Source of the DNA: Verrucomicrobiota bacterium
GTDB lineage: Bacteria > Verrucomicrobiota > Verrucomicrobiia > Limisphaerales > CANJXF01
Length of the DNA: 64,000 bases
Reading direction: 5' to 3'
Assembly: GCA_038214755.1 (NCBI GenBank)
Contig: JBBQRQ010000009.1
Coordinates: forward strand, 14,871-78,870
Shown: piece after piece, positions 38,301 through 44,960 of the stretch
Layout: the number at the start of each line of letters is the position of its first letter
Numbering within the stretch: position 1 is the stretch's first letter
Program-made: the position numbers and the translations under genes
Notes under the pieces: generated by a model
The model's input: the letters and a program-made list of their open reading frames with translations, nothing else
Told to the model about the DNA's origin: nothing
The model's database searches: none

Positions 38301-40268
38301 ATTGATGTCCTGAGCCGCCTTATTGAAGAACGGATGGAAAACCCAGCGATTCACTTCGCCAAGCGCATTGGTGCTGGCAATGACATTAGCGCGGTCGTCA
38401 TAGCCAAAAGTGGTCATCCAGCCCAATGGTTCGGTGATGCTGATGCGATTGCCATTCGTGTCGTAAGTATAGGTGGTGATATTCGTCAGCGGGTCTTGCT
38501 GCGAGAGGATATGCCCCTTGCGGTCGTAGGTTTCAACCCATTGATTAGTTCCGGAATCGGTGCGCCGTATTTGTCGTTTGCCGGGCACTCCATACTCAGT
38601 CGTTGTTGCGCGATTCAATGCATCGACCTGATTGGTAATTCTCCCATACTTATCATATTGAACCAAAACATTCGTGTTGACGCGTGGATCGACGATTCGA
38701 TCAAGCAAGCCGTTGGTGCTGTAAAGGAATTGCCATGTCGTATTGATATTTGTGTAAAGGCCGGAGGTGTTGGTGATGGATTTGGAGATGAGGCGGTTGG
38801 TCGAGTCGTAAGTAAAATTGGCCAGCCATTGACCAAATGTGACGTTGGTGACCAGTCCTGCCTGGTAATTGAAAACATATTTGCCGCCAGCAGAATCCAC
38901 AGCTTGCGTGACCACGCCGCTGATTTCGTTCCAAAGAATCTGGACGGCGTTGCTGTTGAAATCGCGGATGGCCGTAAGACGTCCACGCATGATGGCCGCA
39001 CCGGAATCTGGTTTACGAAAAATGTAAACAAGCCGCTCCGGCGTGGTCCATTGGCAGTTGGTGGAGGTAAGGGTGAATTCCCCGTGATACTCACGGTCCC
39101 GAGTGAAATACAAACCTGAGTTCAGATCCTTATCCCACGTTACGAGCGTGCCATCCCAAGACATCAAGCCAATAGTGTCCGTGTCGCCTAACGGGGAAAA
39201 AGCCTGGGCTGGCAGCACCCGAGTTTCAAAAGTGTGGCGCCATCCTTTGCCCAGCGGGCCGGTGGCGTAGGGGTCGAAGTTGACCAAGCTGTAGGTCCCG
39301 GAGACGTTCGCGCTGCTATAGCCAAATCGGAAATCGAATGTGATTCCCGGCGTCGGTCGCGCCTGCGCGGTTTGCTGCCAGGAAAAACCACCCGACAACG
39401 GCGAGAGTGCGTCGCGACCACCATTCTTTCGTGTATCGAAAGCGGATTGTTCACCCGCTTGATTCGCTTCTTCAAATGTCACAGGTCCGGAAGCAGTCGC
39501 GGATGCAGTTCCACTCGGCACCGGCGCAGGAGCAAAATTACGGAACTGGTCGGCGGTGTTGGTCGAGAATGCCAGAGGGAAGTAGCCTTTGAGATTCAAG
39601 GAGGGGTCGTTGGTTGGCTGGGAGGAGAACATGTTCTGGACGATGAACGCCTGCGCGTCGGTCGGAACGCTCTGGTAAACGGAAACCTCCTGCACTTCGC
39701 CGTAAAGGTATTGGCTTGAGCCCCAACCACCGATTGAAACCCCCTGAGTCACGGTGGAATTGCCGACCGTGCCGCCGCTGGAAAACATCAAGCGGCCATC
39801 TGTGTAGCCAGTGAATACCTCGCCCTGACGAACCACAGCGACATGATACCAACGCTCCAGATAAGGCCGGGCGATCAGAGTATTTGTGTACAATCCCGTT
39901 CCGCGCGCGGAGAACTCAATGTTCCCGGTGTTGATATTGAATTGAATCAGGTAAGCATGAGCGTCGGCCTGTGAACCGGTGAGCCGATTGACCAAAATGG
40001 TCATGTTTTCGGTAAGGTTCGTGCCGGATGGAATGGAGATCTTGAACCAGCACTGGACGATCATGGCATTGGCCGAGGAATTCCAACTCAGTCCACCTGT
40101 GGAATCGGTTACCTCAAGACGAGCGTTGCCGGGAAAGAGCGCAGCATGGCCGACGCAGATCGGGAGGAGTAGCACAGAGAACAGCAGAGAGACGCGAGAG
40201 CCAAAGACACGGTTCACCGGGTGTCTTGCTCCATCGCGTTTCGAGAATCTGAGTTTATCCGCGTTCAT
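35313..40268 (-). CDS. Sec-signal Rhs/YD-repeat protein: LamG-like N-terminus, DUF6531-like region, YD repeats, Rhs core, C-terminal extension ending in LysM
   Basis: Signal peptide ...SLLFSVLLLPICVGHA (start may be GTG at 40217); WYHVAVV LamG motif; LGKGWRHTF; many YD..G repeats; LYFMRARYYS..GVFLSSDP...YAQENPLKYTDPNG; terminal YTVKSGDTL..I......AI..ANGL.N.N.IRPGQVLTIP. Confidence 0.92.
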   Translation of the reverse strand: MNADKLRFSKRDGARHPVNRVFGSRVSLLFSVLLLPICVGHAALFPGNARLEVTDSTGGLSWNSSANAMIVQCWFKISIPSGTNLTENMTILVNRLTGSQADAHAYLIQFNINTGNIEFSARGTGLYTNTLIARPYLERWYHVAVVRQGEVFTGYTDGRLMFSSGGTVGNSTVTQGVSIGGWGSSQYLYGEVQEVSVYQSVPTDAQAFIVQNMFSSQPTNDPSLNLKGYFPLAFSTNTADQFRNFAPAPVPSGTASATASGPVTFEEANQAGEQSAFDTRKNGGRDALSPLSGGFSWQQTAQARPTPGITFDFRFGYSSANVSGTYSLVNFDPYATGPLGKGWRHTFETRVLPAQAFSPLGDTDTIGLMSWDGTLVTWDKDLNSGLYFTRDREYHGEFTLTSTNCQWTTPERLVYIFRKPDSGAAIMRGRLTAIRDFNSNAVQILWNEISGVVTQAVDSAGGKYVFNYQAGLVTNVTFGQWLANFTYDSTNRLISKSITNTSGLYTNINTTWQFLYSTNGLLDRIVDPRVNTNVLVQYDKYGRITNQVDALNRATTTEYGVPGKRQIRRTDSGTNQWVETYDRKGHILSQQDPLTNITTYTYDTNGNRISITEPLGWMTTFGYDDRANVIASTNALGEVNRWVFHPFFNKAAQDINPLGWTNFYELNNTNGNLLRHYDALGALVTYTYFTNGLVMTATDANAHVSSMSYDTNGFLKSKTDAALSTWTYTLNDVGWKLAEMNPLGDLTFLTLDLNGNVVRTVDPLNRIFTRTFDANGNLLAASDGKGQNTRHFYDAANQRNQTIDRSGNTNLFFYSTRGKLERITDPIGNTSTNYYDSANRLERVSNGLGFTTTNVFDANGNVIALMDQVAQRWTKTYDRLNRAIADSNPQGDTRTTSYDAAGRIKQITTPNGYPSLHFYDGRGRLTKWVDAENFQWLYDYDGVANITNITDALGGHYVMTYGLRNERKTEINQDTNQWSYDYDELLRLRQQIDPNGTTRTLIYDPVSRVQSVTFNTGRQNTFSYDDNNNPRTITRRVGLTPTTTRFTYDSLDRAIDVTDAFSQTIHYGYDALGRVVALTYPAGKVLVNRFDAIGRVTNQVDWAGRQMTYSYDKADRLLARTYPNGITQTNSFDTAGRITSLSYAPSLISSNSINIALTYAYDRNGNKTGGGERGTFAWPLPSLIDETSRFTPAGRITNRVDVLNSTNNFTYQYDASGNMTNASGGGQSWALTYDEDNRTTSIFWRLMPMTDKLITNRYDALGRRISRTLDAVETRYVLDLQGSMERTLCDTDASGNITAWYVHGPDLSYKVNATNGLTCYHADAQANISALTDGSANLVAQYAYTPYGRSLGSTNFQSQFSNSYLFVGSQGVMEELPGLYFMRARYYSADAGVFLSSDPVKNIGPGWKPEAFSYAQENPLKYTDPNGQNPWVAAFALGWFKGSLEGLAESAAVDLTVASGMGNERREQIAELGFQFKSFAHTIHAGGQLIESGASVGGVGVAFYIGDQVANHTTDPILKFSKFLMNSYMNGINAAGNVGGNILNSLGYGVQKASSSQAPSMPSRTATVAAPKASGTTAATSTKPSGGSGGGTTSTSSGGGGSTTYTVKSGDTLGNIGYNYGSSAAAIGAANGLQNLNVIRPGQVLTIPRRR

Positions 40269-40274
40269 CCGAGG

Positions 40275-40766
40275 TTAAAATTTCGCAGCGGCCATTTGCT
40301 TTACATTGTTGCAGCGAACAACTTTGTAAGTTTGATTTTCGGCAAAGAGAACAATTTCTGATCGCAGGCCGTTCTGTTCCATTTTAAATGCCACACATTT
40401 TTCAGGAGAGACGCCCGCCTGCCTTGACCAAGTTTCCGCTTCTTTTGGGAACACTTCCTTTAATGACCCAAAGACGCCTTGCTTTTTCAGCAGAGTCAGG
40501 CCCGCATCTGAAATTTCGTCTTGCAGGCTTTTTCGGATGAAGTCCAGTTGTTCGTTGGAAGTCCGACTTCGGACTGCGTCAGGAATCACGATCCGGTCGA
40601 GGAAAGTCGAACTGCCTGAACTGAGGTCACCAGAAAATTGCCTTAGAGATACTAACGCCCGGCGTCGAGGCGCATCGTGCCTCCAATGAAAATACAAAAG
40701 GCAAGACACCGCCCCAACCATCACCCCGCCAATTAGCCATGCCCGATTCATTGTGCGGCGTTTCAT
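40275..40766 (-). CDS. Hypothetical membrane-anchored protein, first gene of the Rhs operon
   Basis: N-terminal hydrophobic helix; stop codon 6 bp upstream of the Rhs ORF on the same strand. Confidence 0.7.
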   Translation of the reverse strand: MKRRTMNRAWLIGGVMVGAVSCLLYFHWRHDAPRRRALVSLRQFSGDLSSGSSTFLDRIVIPDAVRSRTSNEQLDFIRKSLQDEISDAGLTLLKKQGVFGSLKEVFPKEAETWSRQAGVSPEKCVAFKMEQNGLRSEIVLFAENQTYKVVRCNNVKQMAAAKF

Positions 40767-40947
40767 TGTCCGGCTACTCTGCGCCTTTTTGTAGCGGGTG
40801 CAATGCTATTCTCGCCTTTTGGAAATTGCGGCACGCCGGGGACAAGGCGGTGAGTTTTTGTTGGATGTTGCATCTGGTGGCGTGAGGAACTTGACTCATT
40901 CCATACATTACTGATCCAGTTGGAGCCGGATGGCACCTATGGCTCCC

Positions 40948-41802
40948 TTATTTGTTGGACTCGACATGCTTGCCGCGAATTTTCTGCTGATGAAAATCCC
41001 ACAGGAGCCAATCGTCATTCTCCACAAAGCGATTGAGTTTGGAATCCCACTTCTTCGGCAGGCGCTTATTTAATTTTTCGACAAAAGGCAAAAGAGGTCG
41101 TTGCGGCGGAAAGCGTTTCTCATGTTCGTCGAGCGCAATTTCCTGATGCCAACCAAATTTCTCTCGATACTTCGCAAAACCAAAACCATCAAAAAAATTA
41201 TCGCCGCCGACCAACGGCAGATACCACAGACTCGGAATGCCTCGCGGATTTTCTTTGATGGGAATTTCCATTTCCAACCGCTTCAACAGGGCCGCGCCCT
41301 TCGCATCGTTCCGCAAATGTTCCCGCAACTCGTGCAACGTTTGAAATTCCACCGGCGGACTGACAAAAAGAACCGGCTTATGCTGCGTCGTAGCAATGAT
41401 GATCTCGTGCGGAGTGCCGACGCTATAAATATTCGTCGGACAATAGGAGATGGCGAAGTCGCTCGTATCCACCATGCGAAGGTCGATGTGCAAGGTCTCC
41501 CAAAATTTATTGGCGCACCATGCGCGCGTCTCCGCCCCTTTTTTTCCACCCTGATAAGTCCAACGCTCCTTGATGCGGTCTCCGCTCTTCTCATCTTCGC
41601 GTCCGTATTCGTGCAAGCCGCGCACCTCCGGTTTGAACCAAGGATCAAACACAGTCACACCCTTGACTTGAAGAAATTCGCTCACGCGATTGCGCCAGCC
41701 AAATTGTTTTTCATTGGCGCGGGAAGCGACGAAATCCATCGGGCCGGAAAGATACACTCGCGCGCCTTGCAACAAATCCATCTGACGTTTTGAACCAGGC
41801 AT
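40948..41802 (-). CDS. Nucleoside 2-deoxyribosyltransferase-like protein
   Basis: VYLSGPM ... VFDP ... DLRMVDTSDF ... SVGT.HE ... KPV are NDT-fold motifs; start uncertain (41802 or 41781). Confidence 0.7.
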   Translation of the reverse strand: MPGSKRQMDLLQGARVYLSGPMDFVASRANEKQFGWRNRVSEFLQVKGVTVFDPWFKPEVRGLHEYGREDEKSGDRIKERWTYQGGKKGAETRAWCANKFWETLHIDLRMVDTSDFAISYCPTNIYSVGTPHEIIIATTQHKPVLFVSPPVEFQTLHELREHLRNDAKGAALLKRLEMEIPIKENPRGIPSLWYLPLVGGDNFFDGFGFAKYREKFGWHQEIALDEHEKRFPPQRPLLPFVEKLNKRLPKKWDSKLNRFVENDDWLLWDFHQQKIRGKHVESNK

Positions 41803-42020
41803 GGCGCGAAGGATAGGCAAGCTCAACTCAAGCCGCAACCATGTCGTAAAACTTAGCCGAAGGATTCAGTTGCAACAGAAGGTAACAAAGCGAACGAAGG
41901 TAATGGGATTGCGGGCAAATTCGGCGAAACTTCAACTCAACTCGTTTCGTGCGCCCACAGGCGATTTGAAGGCGAACTCCCGTCCGGTCAATGCTCCGTT
42001 TCCTTCTGTAACGGTCTAAA

Positions 42021-42953
42021 TTATTTGTCGCGGCGCAAAAGATATTCCGCCAACGCTTCCAACGCGTCTGATTTGCCTTTAAAAATTTTTAAACTGGCGA
42101 AGGCGCGAGTCGTCAATTGTTTCGCCAACGCGCGTGATTTTTCCAAACCCACAATCGAAGGATAAGTTGCCTTTTGCGCGGCAGTGTCTTTGCCGGCGGT
42201 CTTGCCGAGTTGCTCGCTGGTCTGCGTGATGTCAAGAATGTCATCGATGATTTGGAACGCGAGTCCGACGTTGTGACCGAAGTCCGTCAGCGCTTTGAGT
42301 TGCGCGGCGGTGCAATTGGCGCTCATGCCGCCGAGTCGCGCGGAACAAGTGAGGAGCGCAGAAGTTTTTCGTTCGTGAATATATTTAAGTTGTGTGGCGG
42401 AAATTTTCTTTCCTTCGCCTTCAAGATCGGCGACTTGCCCGGCGATGAGTTGCAATGAACCGGAAGCGCGCGCGAGTTCCAGAATAATTTCTCTGTGTGA
42501 ATAGCGCGGCCAGCCGCGAGATTGCGCGGCGATTTCAAAAGCTTGCGTGAGCAGCGCGTCACCAGCGAGCACGGCGATGCCTTCTCCAAAAACTTTGTGG
42601 TTCGTCAATTTGCCTCGGCGAAAATCATCGTTGTCCATCGCGGGCAAATCGTCATGGATGAGCGAATAAGTGTGAATGCACTCGACGGAGCACGCGAGTG
42701 GCAGGGCGTCTTTCTCCGAACCGCCGCAGGCTTCGGCGGCGGCGAGACAAACCGCCGGTCGCATCCGTTTTCCTCCGGCGAAAAGCGAGTAACGCATCGC
42801 TTTGTGAATGGTGGACGGTTTGGTTTTTTCTGACGGAAGAAATTTGTTTAGAGCGCGGTTCACGGAAAGAGTTCGCTGCTCCAGATATTTTTTTAAATCA
42901 AATTGTCCACCAGACACGCGCAGCTTTGTAGGCAAAGGAAGTTGGCGGCGCAA
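42021..42953 (-). CDS. ispA: Polyprenyl (farnesyl/geranylgeranyl) diphosphate synthase
   Basis: GGKRMRP, SLIHDDLPAMDNDDFRRG and FQIIDDILD motifs; start codon uncertain. Confidence 0.93.
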   Translation of the reverse strand: MRRQLPLPTKLRVSGGQFDLKKYLEQRTLSVNRALNKFLPSEKTKPSTIHKAMRYSLFAGGKRMRPAVCLAAAEACGGSEKDALPLACSVECIHTYSLIHDDLPAMDNDDFRRGKLTNHKVFGEGIAVLAGDALLTQAFEIAAQSRGWPRYSHREIILELARASGSLQLIAGQVADLEGEGKKISATQLKYIHERKTSALLTCSARLGGMSANCTAAQLKALTDFGHNVGLAFQIIDDILDITQTSEQLGKTAGKDTAAQKATYPSIVGLEKSRALAKQLTTRAFASLKIFKGKSDALEALAEYLLRRDK

Positions 42954-42962
42954 GAACGGAGT

Positions 42963-43057
42963 CGGGTAGCATCTGCCTCCGGCGGGTGCGAAAAGAATTT
43001 TTATTTACGGAGATTCAAAGAAATTTCTTCGCACCCGCCGGAGGCAGATGCTACCCG
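42963..43057. repeat. Inverted REP pair, family GGGTAGCATCTGCCTCCGGCGGGTGCG
   Basis: Arms 42963-42992 and 43028-43057 are reverse complements; further copies at 44464, 52004 and 56766. Confidence 0.9.
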
Positions 43058-43086
43058 GAATTGAATAGTTCCGCGACAGCGCATGG

Positions 43087-43389
43087 TTAGCGATTTGCAT
43101 TGGCACGGCTCCAACGCCGGGCCGCAGCACGGAAAGCCCCCTCGTGCTCCGGCCAATCGTGAAGCGTGGCCGGGTCGAAGTCGGCCCCACAGGGCCAAAC
43201 GACGGTGTGAATCTCCGGGTCGAGCGTGACCTGAGCGAAAGCCGCCGGGTCGCGGAGCGGGCCGTAAAGCTCGCCCTCAAGAATCGGCTCAAAATCAATG
43301 GTGCGCGCCAAACCATCGTTGAAGCGCAGACGCAGTGAATACGGAGCGATGTGCTCGCAGGAGGTGATTCGGTAAATCGGATGGTTCAT
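43087..43389 (-). CDS. DUF2442 family protein (TA-like pair)
   Basis: LRLRFNDG...DF...G..Y.PL.D...F.QV......TVVWP.GADFDP..L. Confidence 0.85.
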   Translation of the reverse strand: MNHPIYRITSCEHIAPYSLRLRFNDGLARTIDFEPILEGELYGPLRDPAAFAQVTLDPEIHTVVWPCGADFDPATLHDWPEHEGAFRAAARRWSRANANR

Positions 43390-43398
43390 GGCGCTACT

Positions 43399-43668
43399 CT
43401 ACATCAAAGGAGTGATTGGGGAAGGCTTGCGGCCCTGTTCCAGAAGTGCCCAATCGGCCAGCAACTCTTCCTCGTGCAGCTCGGCCCACGCCTCGACGAG
43501 CCGCTGCTGGCGCTGCGCAATGACGCCGATGATGAGCGTGACCGGCGAAATGGAAAAGACGGCAACGTGCTCACCGTAGTAAGCGTGGAAATGCGGAACG
43601 TGGTGGCGCTCCGAAGGCTCGGAGAACATCCGAATGATGATACCATAAAAGCGTGAGAGTTCGGGCAT
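43399..43668 (-). CDS. DUF4160 family protein (HicA-like, TA-like pair)
   Basis: MPELSRFYGIIIRMF...HHVPHFHAYY...LVEAWAELH.EEL..W. Confidence 0.9.
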   Translation of the reverse strand: MPELSRFYGIIIRMFSEPSERHHVPHFHAYYGEHVAVFSISPVTLIIGVIAQRQQRLVEAWAELHEEELLADWALLEQGRKPSPITPLM

Positions 43669-43869
43669 GGCTTGCGATTCGGAGAGAGTTTATCGGCATC
43701 ATTTCTTGGAGCAAGCGCGCAAACGCCTAACCTATGATTTTTTTCAATTAAATTCACCGCCCATGAAAGCGTGTCTCGTCGAAATCTTTCAAATCGCCCA
43801 GGCGGGTTCTGCGACAAAGGATTCGAGAACCTGAGAGTCTCTCTGCAACAGTCGAGGAAGACTTTATCC

Positions 43870-44163
43870 TCATTGGATTCGATGTTTCCAATAACCCGGC
43901 TCTCGACTACCGTGCGCTATGGCAACGATGAGAATAAAGTCTTCTTCGATCGTATAGAGAATGGCGTATGGGAAAAGGCGTGTGAGACGGCGACGCACAT
44001 TTTGTTCGATCAAGCGCCAACGGTCAGGTGTCTCAAGAATTGTCTTGATCGCGGTTTCGACTTCTACGGTAAACGTTGCCCCAAGACCACGCCGGCGAGC
44101 CTCATAAAACGCGGCTGCTTCTCGGTACTCCAGGCGCGCCTCCGGGTGAAAGTCATATCTCAT
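43870..44163 (-). CDS. RelE/ParE family toxin
   Basis: FHPEA..E..EA..FY...LG..F...RR....FPY.I.Y......I.IVAIAH.SR.PGYW..R. Confidence 0.9.
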   Translation of the reverse strand: MRYDFHPEARLEYREAAAFYEARRRGLGATFTVEVETAIKTILETPDRWRLIEQNVRRRLTRLFPYAILYTIEEDFILIVAIAHGSREPGYWKHRIQ

Positions 44164-44399
44164 CTTCCGACCAAACGGCGCACTTCAGCCAGCACCTGCT
44201 CTCCTGGTATCGGCTGGACGCGCCCGGATCGAACCTCGTCGCGGCGCCGAACTGCCTCTACGGCCCACAGTTTTTGTATCTCGTCCGTCTCTGCCTCATC
44301 CAAACTCTCGACCATCCGCTCTGCCAAAAGCGCCCGGGACGAAAAGGGAAGTTGCATCGCCTCTTCGGTAAGTTGGTCAACGGTCAATGACATGGGCAA
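44160..44399 (-). CDS. Putative addiction module antitoxin (TIGR02574-like)
   Basis: EAM.LP...RA.LA....SL.......W..EA.RR..E..SG....IP.E.V; 4-bp overlap with the toxin. Confidence 0.9.
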   Translation of the reverse strand: MPMSLTVDQLTEEAMQLPFSSRALLAERMVESLDEAETDEIQKLWAVEAVRRRDEVRSGRVQPIPGEQVLAEVRRLVGR

Positions 44400-44463
44400 A
44401 AGGTATTTGCTCGACGAAAAAACTCAAGCACGCGATGGCGCGGTCTCGTGAAACAAAATTCTC

Positions 44464-44492
44464 TTCGCACCCGCCGGCGGCAGATGCTACCC
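44464..44492. repeat. Single REP copy (TTCGCACCCGCCGGCGGCAGATGCTACCC)
   Basis: One mismatch to the 43028 copy; its GTAG supplies the TAG stop of the Uma2 gene. Confidence 0.85.
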
Positions 44493-44960
44493 AGCTCGGA
44501 AAAGCTCCGCGATTTCAATGCGCAAATCGGGAAGGAGTTTCTCGATCAGTGTTTCTTTGTTCGCCAGAATTTTTTGCAACGCCAGGCCGTAGGGACTGCC
44601 GTGATAAACTTCCACATTGTCGTAGCGCGGATCGATCATCCAAAGGCGCGGCAGGCCGGTTTCTTCGTAAATCGATTTTTTCACCACGGTATCGAACCGA
44701 TGATCGTCGGAATTGATAATCTCCGCCGCGAGCCAGAGTCGATTGTTGGCGGTGGTGACGATGGCGAGATCGGGCCGCACCAAAGTGCCGGGCGAAAGTT
44801 GGATCACGGAACGCGGTGAGAGCAAACGTGAACTGGGAATTTCGGTCAAACATTTCGCGATTTGCGCGTGCAAGTGGGAGCAAATTTTTTCGTGGCGCAA
44901 ACCGGGGGCGCTGCGCAAAAAAGTTTCGCCTTCGAGAATCTCCTGATACGGCTTAGACAT
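44487..44960 (-). CDS. Uma2 (DUF820) family PD-(D/E)XK endonuclease
   Basis: EILEG...P...H...RPDLAI...AEII.S.D...D...K..IY...G....W.IDP; 8-bp overlap with the uvrA stop. Confidence 0.85.
   Translation of the reverse strand: MSKPYQEILEGETFLRSAPGLRHEKICSHLHAQIAKCLTEIPSSRLLSPRSVIQLSPGTLVRPDLAIVTTANNRLWLAAEIINSDDHRFDTVVKKSIYEETGLPRLWMIDPRYDNVEVYHGSPYGLALQKILANKETLIEKLLPDLRIEIAELFRAG

Noticed and set aside
35313..40766. T6SS effector locus
   Set aside because: No PAAR, VgrG, Hcp or EagR-like chaperone is recognisable, and the Rhs has a Sec-type signal peptide.
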